A stretch of 64,000 nucleotides of DNA from Zancudomyces culisetae HAW-14-8. Lineage: Eukaryota > Fungi > Kickxellomycota. The translations under genes were made by a program, and so were the position numbers. The stretch covers positions 124,001 through 188,000 of the forward strand of contig JBNJNM010000010.1 of assembly GCA_052426225.1 (NCBI GenBank), read 5' to 3'. The first letter of the stretch is position 1. Every line of letters starts with the position of its first letter. A model generated the notes under the pieces. It did no database searches and was not told the DNA's origin. It worked only from the letters and a program-made list of their open reading frames with translations. Below are positions 34,198 through 47,873 of the stretch, one piece after another.

Positions 34198-35249
34198 GAA
34201 CACCTTTACAAACCGAGGCAAACTTGTATAAAAGTGAAAATATAAACACATTCTTTGATCGTAATGAACACGTTTATTTTAATTGCGTGTTTGTGAAAAA
34301 CTTCTTGACTCCTTGAGGAGCTGGTAAACTCATTATTCCATCTTTCACACAAACACATTGCTGCTGGTTCGGAGGGGAGGAAGGCTGTTGGAATTTTTTT
34401 TTTGTCAATAAAAATGGTTAAACTAGTCAGAATATCTCTGGTTTCATAACCATAAGCAAGCAACGTGATAAGTTACCATTCCTATACAGGCAGCCAAAGA
34501 CGGGTTATACTCTACACAATATATATACCTGGCAGACTAGCAGAATTTGAAGTGCTATGTACTCAGATACTCTTCTTGTCTTTTCATAAAAATAACTATG
34601 ATTTGCCATTGTATGTTTTAGGCAGCGCAATGAGGCTAAAATAGACGGATTCTAGGCATTAACATACTGAAATGAAGCTGCACACAGCGCGCGCGGGGAA
34701 AGAGAGGAGGGAAATGCTGTGTCTAGTCGCATAAAGTTTGTTTTCAGTTGAAATGGTTCTGTAAGTGATACCACCCAGTAAGACTGTGTGATAGTCAGGG
34801 TGTCAGGTAAAAACGCGGCAAATGTATATAGTTAATAATAAAAAAGTTGATGCAGCTACAAGTGGCGACTTACCCAGTCCTCACTTTGTTTGTTCAGAAA
34901 TATTAATCGAGAATGTGCTGTATAAACAGTTTAGCCACTGTTGTAGACATTTTACAGTGTGGTGTGTATTATGTTTTGTACATATAGCTTACCAAAATGT
35001 TCGTATTTTTACAACTAAAGGGCTTTTTTGTTTTTTGGCAGAGCCAGTATAGTTTATTGCTAGAGCTGTGAATAGTACAAAACAAAAAGAAAAAAGTAAA
35101 GCATTATTTGTCATTCGAATCAATTGACACCCAAAATGGTATATAAATAGTCTCTCACTCTCGCCTTGTTACAACTAAACCAAGTAGTTGACTTTTCTTT
35201 TTTTTTTAAAAAATAAAAAGGTAAACTATAAACAGTACAGAGAAAAATT

Positions 35250-37813
35250 ATGGCCGAAAATACTAGCAACCATTCAAAGTTCAAAGGACTTTTTGGCACA
35301 AAAGACGATGGGTATCGCTTTAAGAGCGTTGATACCGGAGATAGCTCATTTTACAAAGAACAAAAGCCAAAATCCGACGACGTGAGTTCGACATGGTTGG
35401 TAGTAAAGACGGTACTGGTAAAAGTATTTGTGCTTGCATGTTTGTTGACTCCTTTTATTGTGATAATATCATTGTATCCAGCACTCCCTCTCACGAAAGC
35501 TCTAAATACAGAGAATGAGCTGATAAACAAGTTTTTGATCTTACAAACGCTTGCAAGTGTTTCCATTTTAGCAGGGGCAATATACTTGTTAGCCCATATG
35601 TACACGCTAACAATCGATTCGTTATGTGCACTATACTTGTATCTAGCAAAACGGTTTTTTCCAAATAACGTTGAAAGTGTACTCACGTTTATCGAGGTAC
35701 GTTAAAATCCAGCACATGCGGATATAGCTACAATCTATTAACTCTTAGATTCTTGTTCTAAGCTTAGTGAATTTGCACTTATTCTGGAATATATTTGTTA
35801 TGTATTTCCAATAGATGTATAGCAACCTCAAAGAAAATATCATTTTTTGTGCAAATAGTTTGACGGCAATAATGATATGGATTTTTATATTTTTACAAAC
35901 AGGTGTAGACACGATATTTTCAGGCTCGATATTCAAGTCAAAAAGCTGGAACAGTATCGTTTTCAAGTTTCTATTTACTGTGCTTGCTACCAGCCTGGTA
36001 TTTCTAGCAAGTAAGAGATGTGATTTATCTAAATTTTTACCTTTATTATGCTCGTAATAAAATCATAGAAGCTGTCAGCAGTTTATAACCCACGTTATTA
36101 TCAAATTTTAGAATCGATATTTGTATATGTCACTGGTAAGAAATGCTAACAAAAGAGAACATATATCCTGGGATTTATAGTAGTAATGAATAAAGTTCAA
36201 CAAGTTTCTTTTAAAGGCCTATTTCTAATATATAGTACCTGATAATAATAATTAATAGCATCATCGTTCCACAGAGATGAGTATAAAAAAAGAATTGAAA
36301 GACAAAAGAAGCTATCATTGATAATACTTGAATTGGTAGTCGATTATCAAAAATATGTAGAGAACAAGGATGCGTCTGTCTATAGTGGTGTCTCAGCTTC
36401 TACAGTACAAGAGAAGAGCATGTTTTCGAATGTTATCGGTTCGTTTTCTGACAAGCAAAAAACAATAAGAAAAGAAGCAAAAGAAGTATTTTACTACATT
36501 ATCAACGACAAAAGTAAAGAATATCTAACTGTTCAAGATTTTACAACCTACTACAAAAACGAGGACGTCGCTATTGAAAACTTTGGGTTGTTTGATTATG
36601 AAAAGAATGGAAATATTACATTGGACGAGTTCCAAACTACTTTTCTGTTTTGTTATGACGAAAAGAAGTCGGTTCAAAGAAGCATAAAAGATATAGGTAA
36701 AATTATCAAACAGCTGGATGGATTCTTGAGCGTTGTGTGCTACCTTGTTGTCTTGATTATTTGTCTGTCGACCTTTGCAATGAGTCCTTTAACATTTATT
36801 TCTACAGCCGGGACCGCAATTTTAGGTAAAAAAAAAGAGATACACTGTGTACATACGTATTTTAAACTTTTATGATATCAACAACAAAGAATTTAGCACT
36901 AAATCAAAAAAAATAAAAAAATGGTATATTCTTATTGCAATGCTTGACTAATATGTAGGCTGGAACTTTATGTTTGGGAGTTCATTTAGAAAAACATTTG
37001 AGTGCTTTGTGTTTCTTCTGGCAATTCATCCATTTGATGTTGGTAGGTATTTGTATCAGCTCCTTCTTTGTGTTTTTTAAAAGAAAACCTGAAGGTATCC
37101 GACCTTAACTTATAAACATGCTTTCGATCAATTTTCTCAGTATTATACTAGGCTGTCGGAAGATAAATATATATTTTAAAGAAAGAAAAGGGTTGTAACA
37201 ATATTTCATAAACTAATACACCAATAGGAGACTTGGTGGAGGTTGATGGCATGCTAGTGTATGTTTTAAAAATAAATCTTTTGAGCACGACATTCAAAAT
37301 GAGAAACAATCGTGTGGTTACAATAGCAAACATACAGCTATCCAACACAAAGATAACTAATTTCCGTAGAACTAGCGACCAGGTTGAGGCTCTAAGTAAG
37401 TCTATACTTGGTTTTAATTCTTACTTGTTGTGCTTTGAAGAAGTTATTAGAATTTTAGAGCAAAGTCAAGCAAGATTAGTAGCTAACGCAAACATACATA
37501 TACATTAGCATTCAAAATCGACATAAATACACGCGAAGAGCAAATAAATGAGCTATGCTCAAGACTCAGAAAGTTTGTAGAGGATAACAAGCTTCTGTAC
37601 AAGCCTGGGATATTTTTTAATACTGATAATTTCATAGAAATAACACATACTGTCGTATGTACCGGGTTTACCTATAGAGCGAACTGGCACTACAACAAAA
37701 GTTTTACATCGGTGAAATCTATGTTTATTAATAAGGTGATCAAGGAGCTTTTAGATCTCGGAATAGGGTGTACCGCAGGTGTACAAAATATCAAGCTGAT
37801 AGACAAAAACTAG
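35250..37813 (+). CDS. MscS-like mechanosensitive channel with EF-hand (Msy1/Msy2 type), multi-exon
   Basis: Multiple TM helices, ASSFHR..Y..RI, EF-hand DYEKNGNITLDEF, F.LAIHPFDVGDLVEVDG..V.KINLLSTTF, ITNFRRT. Confidence 0.9.
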
Positions 37814-38215
37814 ACATAGTATAGTACAAACCACAAAAAAGTGGTCCTCTTCGAGATTTCTTCTGGTGCCTTTAGCTCATAGTAATACTTATTTGAATGA
37901 ATATTTTTAAAGGTTCCATGCCATAAACAAATTGTATCTTTAATATGCCCGACCAAACAATTAAATACTGGTGATATAATTTGACACCCTCCCCCCTCCT
38001 CACTCCCCCTCTCCCATCCCAAAAAAATAAGCTCGAAAAGGGGTGGAGGTGGGGGTTAAAAAAAGTAGTGTGCATCCGTTTTTTAAAAAATAATTGATTT
38101 TTCATGTCTTGGAAGTGTTTTAGTACAAGTATCTTTTGCTTTTGTAATATCGGATATAAATAATAAAAGTAGCTCTAGACAAAGTATATGACCAACTAAA
38201 GATATTCTAGTCGGT

Positions 38216-38908
38216 TTAGTATTTCAGAGTACCAACCACTTCATATTTCCTGTCAAAGAACACAGCCCAATCATCAAGAGCCTTTGTTTCGCTCTCATCA
38301 AGAACAGATAAATCATAAATTTTGGCACCAGGCTTTGGAATAAATTCAGTGGTTAGAGAGTTTTTTGCCAGAGCTATTGTGGCATCTTTTCCAGCAAAAC
38401 ATCCGTATGGAGCATCTATATAGACAAAGCGAGTGTGTTTTTAGAGTTATGTATAATTTTTTTTATTGTATAAATTGTCGCACTCTTTGTGTTCGGCCCA
38501 AGACAAAATTTATTTGGGACAAAATAGGTCGAGAAGCATCAATGACCAGAATTTTCTCATTGAGAAGAAAGAGGGAAGGTTGAAATGTTGAAAATAAAGC
38601 AACTTACCTTTTCCATAGAATTGCCTCATGTGGGAAACATCATACACTTTGTCTTTGATTCCAATAAAAATCAACTGAGAGGAATTAGTTCCGTCGAATT
38701 TCGCTAGCTTGGCCACATCAAAGACACCGTTTTCTTGTTTTGTAGGATGTTTTGGTTCATCATTCGCCTCGAGGCTCTGTTTGCGTCCCATTTTCGAAAA
38801 TATAAGATATAAAACAATTGTCGTAGAGATTGTAAAAGCGAGATTTATAGGTTTTTTCAACTCGCTCAACAAGGTTGGATCTATGGAGCCATTCACAAAT
38901 GGAAACAT
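38216..38908 (-). CDS. DAP1: Membrane-associated progesterone receptor-type heme-binding protein (Dap1/PGRMC), 2 exons
   Basis: N-terminal TM, LAKFDG..IFIGIKDKVYDVS..FYGK, then exon 2 PYGCFAGKDATIALAK..LDDWAVFFDRKYEVVG. Confidence 0.88.
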
Positions 38909-39581
38909 TTTGGTCTATATTTTACTTTTGGTTAAGTGAATCACAAAATAACTATAGAATTATATTCTTGTTAATTTCTTTGTACGTCAGAAATGGAAAT
39001 AAAAATACGTATAATGTTTTAAAGTGTTGCATGGTTGATTGATGAAAAATCCTGATAACACTGAAGAAAACAGCCAGTAATTGGTTTGCCCAAAACGCAG
39101 GGCGCTAAATCAAATCCCAGCGCATGTAGTTGGTTGGGTTTGGATGCATTTTGTTTAAAATTATTGTTATTATTACTATTATTGTTGTTGTTGCAACCTT
39201 TGCCACAAAAAAAAGAAGGCGAGAGCATGGTGTTTATTGGGGGGTGGTGTGGTTACAACTGATCGGTGGATCTTTCCACACAAACTAATGTGGTGGCGTT
39301 TTGACTGTTTCAAACAACAGTGCTATGGTATAAACTGTTCTAATTTACGAGGTTTCTATGTAAGAAAAGCGCACATTTAAGTTGATATATAAATGCCAGC
39401 ACAATCATTTAACCATTATCAAATCCTAAATGTGGCTAAATAAATATATTGTTAGTGGAGGACTTTTTTAGATTAAGATAAGTACAATAAACACTTAATC
39501 TAATAAAAGCTTCATACAATTGAGGAAGATAAATACCTAATGTAGAATAAACCAAAGCAAAAGCAAAAGCAAAACTAAACT

Positions 39582-42065
39582 CTAAGCAAGTAAAAGAATC
39601 TCGTTTCCATCCAGCTCTATGGAAAATGTATCAAAAACAACAGCTGCCCAAAATAGCAGCGGTCTGGTGTATTTATCATGAGCAATAATATCTGGGAAAT
39701 GGTGGTTTAGTTCGGGAACCAAATCTTCGAGTAAATAATCAATAAACTCTTGCAGGGACTCGTTATTCCTATGTTGATAATAAAGCGTGGTTGAGTATCA
39801 ATTAGATAAACATATATACAAAGTGGAACTTAATATTTTGCACGTGTTAGTCCAAGTATCACCCAAAGCTACTAAACTCACGGTTATTATTTTTTAAAAA
39901 ATAAAGAAATAATTTCAGATTGTGGTTTTTGTGGTTGTAATGTTGGTGAACGAGGCGATGATAGTATTAAAAAGAATCTTACTGGTACAACTTGGTAAAT
40001 GTATCGAAGGTTAGCTCCTTTAGATGGGTGAGGTAGTTGTGTTGCAAGCTTGATTGGTCAGATAAACAATAAACTAAAAACAAAATGTAAGTGGTGGAGC
40101 AATCGAGCTCTGCCTGGGCCATTATTCGCGAAAATTTTGTAGAATTGATATGATCTAAAGTGAGGAGCGGGTAGTTCAGAGAGCTGCAATTGTTGCTTAT
40201 AAGCTGTGTCCCCACTAATTCCTTGAAGTCTAGTTCAGGTGATGGAGTTTCATTTGGCAAAAGAAAGCGAAGACGACTTTTTTTGCCAATATTAAACTCT
40301 TCTGGAGAGCACTGTAGTGCCTTGTGTAGGTTAGACACCATTTCATCCAGGTCCAGCACCAACTGCTTTAATATTTTTTCTACACCTAAACCGTTCATAT
40401 GTATACCGGCTCTTTTAGTTTTAATTTAAGGGACAAAGATAGTAATTGTGATAATGATAAAATATTGATATTTGTGAAATATAGAGTACTAACCGTTTCT
40501 ATATATCATAATAGATCTGGATATTTGTGTGTTAATCTTTGGCAATGAATGTTTAGAATTTTCGAATTTGGCCTTCTTTTCGTTAATTAAAGCCCTGAAA
40601 TACGTTAACATCACCATTTCATTTCTATACCCAATAAAACCAAGCTGATCCAACGAGTAGTTTTTGCAAATGTAAAGCTCGGTTTCGTTCATCGCTATAA
40701 CCCGTAAGATCAGAAAAATTTCATTATCTCCATCTAGTCGGTTGATGTGTTGTTCAAGGTTATACAATCCGATTTTCTTTAGCAACGAGACCTTTAAATC
40801 GAATAACGGATCTTCGTCAAACTTCAGGTTGATTTGTAACGAATCTACCGGGTTGTTTTCTATACAGTACCCGTAGGTCAACAACACTAATTAAAGTATA
40901 TCAATTCAGTAGATGAACATGGTTTAGTATTTGTATTTTCTCGTGGTAATAGAATAGCGAACACACAAACAAACATTAACGTAACATGAACAAAAAAAAC
41001 TTTACTTACATCGCTGGTTGCTTTTTGGTCCATAGTTGTTGAAAATTTCGCAACCCTCACTGATATTGGAAGAGTCAAAGCAAATAGTTCCATCTTCACA
41101 GCATAGCCATACCACTTTTGCTGTTGTACTGTTATTTAACAAATCAAATAATGGTAGCAGTACTCTGTTATCGTTAGCTATCTCTTTTTCTATGGGTCTG
41201 ATCAACTCGCCTGTGAATGCACGTGTCTGCAAAATGTTGGTAGCCCAGATAAACCTCGGTCTTTGTAATTTATAAAAATAAATAAAAGTTTGATTTAGAA
41301 AAAAAAAGTGGTAGGTAAAACTGGCACACATCCAGGTTTGGAGACAAGAAAAATTGATACATTAGTAAAATAAGTGGTAGTTAGCGATTATGATGCTTAC
41401 AATGTGAATTCGTCCTTGTATGGTTTGTCTAGGAGTACCTGGTTCAGCTCGTTGTGGTTTTTTTTAACTTCCTCATAAAAAATATTAAATGTATTTTCAG
41501 CAGGAGTGCCTGCTAAAAGACTCAATTCCTCCTTGGAATAGTATAAAGGTGTACTGAAGGATTCAGGAAGAAGATTTAGATATGGCCACCAAAATGACTG
41601 TTCATCCTTAATGAACTTTTCATGGATCAATAGTGCCGCACAAATGGTAATGTCATTCAACTTTGTCGTGTCGAATGGTAACAGGCTCCTTGCTTTGAGC
41701 GCAGACATAACAATGGAGTAGGGAATTGCAAAGACAGTTGATTCCTCCAAAAAATCTTTTTTTGAAATCAAACACAGCCCTCCGTGCTTGTCTATATCCG
41801 TCAAATCGTATTATTCATTAGCATAACTGCATGTACTCATTTATCATTTACATGATTAAAACTTGGGTAACTAGTTTAGTTTTAATAAGCTATATAAAAT
41901 AAGTTTACTCCCAGCATTTGGTTGGTTGTCTTTAAATAAAATATAACACATTCTGTTACCGCTTTTTATCTCAAAGTTATCTCTGGAAACGCCATTTTGA
42001 CCAAGCCATTCACAAAAACGATCTATCTTTGCCTGTAGATCTACTGTGGACCCTGTTTGCGACAT
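39582..42065 (-). CDS. SET-domain non-histone lysine methyltransferase (Rubisco-LSMT/SETD3-SETD4/Efm1-like), 6 exons
   Basis: F.EWL..NG, SFWWPYLNLLP..FSTPLY, F.WA....TRAF, LLPLFDLLN, EIFNNYGPKSN..LLTYGY, YRNG. Confidence 0.88.
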
Positions 42066-42549
42066 TTATGACAATATAAGATGCAGTGAACGCCTAGTAT
42101 TCAGAAATGAAGTTTTATAAATACACAAAGTTATGATAAGTCTTCACCAGCACAAGCATTCGCGAACCGGTGGAAAATGTTTATTAGTTTCTGGAATAAA
42201 AATTAAAGTCAAAAAAATGAACATTATAAGCATGAACAGATTTGGATGAAATACAGATGATTTCGCCCGATTTTGATGTGATTTTGATGCGATTTTGGGC
42301 ATTGAACCTGATATTATTTTTAGCTCGATTTTCACCGAATTTCCACAACGCAAATATCATAGAAAAACGAGTATGCAGTAATAAAAAAAATTTTAACTTT
42401 TTTTATCCTAGCTAGCTTTGTTTAAATACTAAAAAGGCAAGAACCAGCCAAACACTTTTATAATTCCAGCGTGTTTATCTGTGAAATAAAACGGGAACGC
42501 AACAAACATACAAAGATAAAAGAGAGATAGATTTTAAGTGAAATTAAAA

Positions 42550-43781
42550 ATGGTAAAGCTGTGTCAGATCTGTAATTCTAAGAGGGCAATAATAAAGCGG
42601 CCCAAAACGCTTCAGTCTATTTGCAAGGAATGCTTTTTCCATGTGTTTGAGGAGGAAATTCACAATACAATAGTGGAAAATAAACTTTTCAACAGAGGGG
42701 ATCGGGTGGCAATAGGTGCTTCAGGGGGTAAAGATTCCACGGTTTTGGCCTACATTATGAAAACCCTAAATGAAAGATACGATTATGGACTCGAGTTGTA
42801 CTTGCTTAGTATCGACGAAGGGATAAGCGGTTATAGAGACGATTCGCTAATGGTAGGTTATAGTTCATATTGAGTACTATAGTTATTACCAGTATTAGCA
42901 TATTTATCCTTTTTCCTCTGGATGGCTTTGATTACAAGAAAAAAATGAAATGGTGAATTAAGGGTAAAAAAGAGATAAAATAACCAAAAATTACAATATT
43001 TTTATAAACACAGACTGTGAAGAGAAATAAGGAACAGTATGGTATGGAGCTGAAAATACTGTCGTACAAAGAGTTGTATGGCTGGAGCATGGATGACATA
43101 GTACAAGAGATAGGCCGTAAAAACAACTGCACTTTCTGCGGCGTTTTTAGAAGGCAAGCGCTTGATAGAGGAGCGTTACTTATTAGAGCCAACCATATAG
43201 TTACAGGACACAACGCCGACGATATTGCAGAGACAGTTTTGATGAATATTTTAAGAGGCGACATAGCGAGGCTTGCAAGGTGTACGGAGATAGTCTCAAC
43301 TAACGATAAATTGATAAAGCGATCTAAGCCATTTAAATATACATATGAAAAAGAGATAGTGATGTATGCTTATTTGAAAAAGCTAGATTATTTTTCGACA
43401 GAGTGTAGCTATTCACCAGATGCTTATCGAGGATATGCACGGGTTTTTTTAAAAGACTTGGAGGCTACAAGATCAAGCACAATTCTAGACATTATCCATT
43501 CCGGTGAATCCTTTGTTATCAAAAACAAAGTCAAGATGCCAACTCAAACGATATGTGAAAATTGTGGATACATGTCAAGTAATCCGATATGTAAGGCCTG
43601 TGTACTGTTGGAAGGTCTAAATAAAGGGGTTGCTTCAAGGATTACGTTAGGTAAAAGCAGCCAGATAATGATGAACGATATGATGGATGATAAATCACCG
43701 AAGGCTAAGGATGACACTTCAGAATTTACCAAAGACTTTAATAAGCTGCGGCTAGACTACATTCGCAATCAGAACACATAG
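42550..43781 (+). CDS. NCS6: Cytoplasmic tRNA 2-thiolation protein 1, 2 exons
   Basis: CxxC pairs, PP-loop [54 protein letters not shown]-terminal CKAC.LL. Confidence 0.97.
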
Positions 43782-43858
43782 GAAAACAATAAAATGAACA
43801 AGTAGGCCTGTGGGTAAACTCTTAAACAAGTCTATTGGAATATAGTTTTATTTATTGG

Positions 43859-45077
43859 TTATAGCAGCTGAATCGAACCTGTTTTTACCAGCGAGTCTAT
43901 ATTCTTGTACGATGTGATAAATATGTTGTTTTTTTCCATAAATACCGTTTCTCCACTACTATCCAAGCGAAAATCTCCTATATCCTCAACCACTCTACAA
44001 AATACCGCTTGATCTGCTTTCGGTGTTCTTACAAGCGAGAGTCCTTCTAAATCTACTCCATCTGTAGCTTTCAGTGCCGTAGGCATCTCGTTTAAAAACG
44101 ACTCCTCGTTATACTGTTGTGATGCCTCTACAATCCTAATAAAGTGTATAGTTTTTTTTACGATTATTTTTGTAGTCTTGTTTTTGTCGTATTTTGCTGC
44201 ACCACAGCATATAAATAAAAAAAGTATCACCAATGGTGCAAATAGTCCAAAATGTAAAAAGTATAGCTCTCACTTTTGTGCAAACACAAGCTCGTTTTTT
44301 GTTAGATTTTTTGCGTTCTCTTGAGAACTAGTGTACCATTTTGCGTATTTTTCGATCTATAAATTTGCGTTTAATTAAACTTAGAGATATAAAACGATGC
44401 GTCTTTATTTTTTATCATCAAGTTTCAAAGTGTGTACCTTTTTTAGCCGGGTTTGCAAGTACATCCTGATAATATACTTTGTTCGCTCGACATCATTCTG
44501 AAGCACCATGGATTCCAGTCTACTATTCATATCCCCATACTCTCTCAGCTCCTCTATCCTGTCTATCTATTCGCGGGATTTGTAATTTGCGTTTTCAGAT
44601 TATTGTACATACTTTTGCTGTTTCTCACCGACTGTGTTATGTTATCTCAATATAAATCATCAATAAAAATAAATAAAAAACAAGTGATACCTGATATTTC
44701 GATAAATCTGCCAGTGTTTCCACCAATACATCCTTATATTCCAACACTTCTGGCGAATTAATCTCGTTATATACCCAAGTTTGCAGCGAATGCCAGTCGC
44801 TAACTTCCTCCAGCAACATATCTTCAGGCTGCTGCTGCAGAGCCTGTTCTGATTTAATTTCATCCTGTGTTTTCTGTCTATTCTCTGATGTTTCTTCGTT
44901 GTCAAGCCTTAGAGGCTCTTCTTCATAAAAATCTGTCTTTATCGAACCTTGCTCATAGTCGTCATACTCTGAAACATTCGTTTGGCTAAATGCATATGTA
45001 TCATCGTCTCCTCTTCCCGTATATGAGGTCACTGCTTTGTTTGAATATATGGATTCTGTATCCTTTCTGGAGCTCAT
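43859..45077 (-). CDS. SLD5: GINS complex subunit Sld5/GINS4, multi-exon
   Basis: L.TWVYNEINSPEVL.Y, a middle exon ending ..ERTKYIIRMYLQTRLKK|IEKY, and C-terminal P..DQAVFCRVVEDIG..G.IQLL. Confidence 0.88.
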
Positions 45078-45773
45078 TTTAATTATTAACAAGTTACTTT
45101 TTGCGCCTCGCTGCTTCTATATTTCTTCGACTTTTTGGACGTCGCTAAAAATTACAAATTGTGTTTGGCTGTATTGACTAGGTTCTTGTAGCTCTTACTT
45201 TCAGTATCATTAGTTTTGTCGCTCCAGCAAATCCTAGGTTTTGGTGGTGGCAGAAACTGTAAGAAAAAATAACAACAAAGCATCAACAAGTAAAAGGTAT
45301 AATTTTTTTTCATCAAGCTAAAAATTACAACTTGCTACTGCCCGATTCTGTTTACTTGTGCTTCAAAACAACAATGATAACAAATATGAACACTCGAGCC
45401 AGCCAATTGCAGATCTAATTTGTGGAAAAAACTATCAATTGGTGCTTTTATGCTTTTTTTTTCTCTCCCACCAATAACAATAACCTGGCTCCATTTATCC
45501 CTAAATTAACCCATTCCCCTTGCTTTCTCCTCCCCAAGTTTTCTCCACTGTATTATCTACAAATCTTAATTTACCAGTCAACACTTGTCAAGATTCTCGT
45601 CAATTGTTTTTTTGAGCTTTTTTTCTGGCTTTGAACATTTTTTGGCTATTGCAATTGTCTCTTAAAGCTAACCAATTAATTAATTCGGAGTATTTCAATT
45701 AAAAAGTGTTTTGTAACCAAGAATAAAGTATTTAGCTTCTCATTTCTAGAAACGAAATAGTATAGACGAAAAA

Positions 45774-46406
45774 ATGTCATTCCGTAAACTTGATGTCAGC
45801 ACGATTACAGAAGAAAAACAGATTCTATTAGATAGAATTACCCAGGTAAACACAGAACCCGGTGCAAACGAAGAAGCCGAACGCAAATTCCAATCAAAAT
45901 CATCACAAGTACGAGCTTTTATAACCAAAGGAAATGCGTTAGAGGCATTAGCACAGGCAATTAGCGAGCCACCATATGGATTAAAGGATTCCTCCATTCC
46001 TGACAAATCCGCACAGCTAGTTATGGATGTTTTGGCCTCTTCACGATCCCAAGATGCCGTAAGCATTATTGGAGACTTGGCTGAGAATCAACGTGTAGTT
46101 TTGTTGAAATATATATATTACATGATGGCCAGACCTGCCTACTTTAACTGCTCTATGCTATTGAGTTGGCATGAAAAGGTATTTATACGTTACTACTTGT
46201 ATCTATTTATATCACTTTTTAATTATTACTTTCATCTGTTTACCACATGTTTGTTCAATTTGCCTTATTTGGGTTTCTGGAGGATTCAAACACATACAAA
46301 AACACAAACACAAAAGTAAATATAAAATACAAATACGATGTAGATTGTACAAGTCTCCGGAATCGGATCGATATGCAGAGTTCTTAGCGACAGGCACACG
46401 TTATAG
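45774..46406 (+). CDS. ARC15: Arp2/3 complex subunit 5, 2 exons
   Basis: FRKLDV, PPYG, LLKYIY..M, LLSWHEK|IVQVSGIGSICRVLSDRHTL. Confidence 0.93.
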
Positions 46407-46811
46407 ATTGGTACCTTGACGTTTTCTCTACCTTCCAGCAAAGCGATAAAATACCACATCTGATTTTTATATAGCATGGGTGTGGTTATTTTATTTATAC
46501 TTCTTCGTTTTCTTTCTACTTAAATTTGTTGCACTATATCCTTACTTTCTATCACAATAGTTGGAAGCTTTTAGCGACAATAAGAACCTCTTTGTGATAC
46601 ATCTTAATCGATGCCATACCTGTTTCTAATATGTCATTTCTATCTATAAAAACAAGACCATTGGAAGACCAATAACTTCATTATAAATTTGGAAATATCG
46701 CACCAAATAATAATAGTAATAACAAAAAAGAACACATACATACATACATACATATCTTGCTAAACAAACAAATATAACAAGCGGAAAGTTAAAAGAAATG
46801 CAAAAAAAGTG

Positions 46812-47873
46812 CTATGTTCGAAATTTTTTGTGGGTTGGCCCCTCGACCTCGTCTACAGCAGCATCTGGCTCATCCTGTTGCTGACTAGTGGTCTCTTCAT
46901 CGCCATCATCATCACCATCGTCGCCTTCGCGTGCATCCACATCCATTCCGTCTTCAGCCTCGGAGTCTGATAAAACAATGTCTTCGTCATCTACAGGACC
47001 ACCACTTACATCACCCGTCTGTTTTCGGGATTTTGCATGTTTCTTTTTTTGTATTCTTCTCTGGTATTCTAATATACATTACGAACGGAAATAGCATTAG
47101 TCAGTAAGCTTGATAATATCATCAATAGCATTGATGATTTCTTTGAACGTTTACTCGATGCTTTACCTGCCAGTTCATTTTGTAGAGGCTCGACATATTC
47201 CTCCATGTCCAGATCTTTGAACGCTTTAAACACATCATTGGCTGTAATCATTTTATGACCTTTAGATTTAGCCACATCATGTGCGCTAATATATGTGTTA
47301 GTCGCATTTTAGCTTATACGTTTTTTTTTCAAAACAGATTATTATTACAAAGCCCAATATACATAAAACTTTGTGTCTGGTGGGGGTTGCTATTGGTTAT
47401 TGTATATTAAGGTGAGTATGTATTAATTACCTTGATGTGATAAAGCTAATAAACATAGTGCACGCTTTAGACAATGCTTGGCGATACTCTTTTTGAAATA
47501 ATGTTCCTTCGGGCACCTATTGGATATCAAAATAACGCTTGTTATTGCTTTCCTCTCCGGTTAGGCTTACCAGTATACATGAAATTTCATCCTAGCTATC
47601 CAAATATTCATTTTTTGATAATAAATGAAAAACAGCAAAAAACAACAAGCTGCTTGATCGTGTATCTTGTCCTATTTTTTTTACTTTTTTTCAGCTAAGC
47701 TGAATTCCAAGTAATTGCAAAAGTACACGCCAAAATGACATGTATTCGTATTTATACGCTAGTTTCTACTGATTATCGAGTTGCCTTACCACTTCTTTTA
47801 GAACTTTCACTATGTTTGTCATTGGCATATCAAGGTCCTGAATCCCAACTGAATCTGAATTATCGTCTTCCAT
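46812..47873 (-). CDS. DPB4: Histone-fold protein Dpb4/POLE3 (DNA pol epsilon / CHRAC subunit) with acidic tail, 4 exons
   Basis: GIQDLDMPMTNIVKVLKEV|VPEGTLFQKEYRQALSKACTMFISFITS|AHDVAKSKGHKMITANDVFKAF. Confidence 0.85.
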
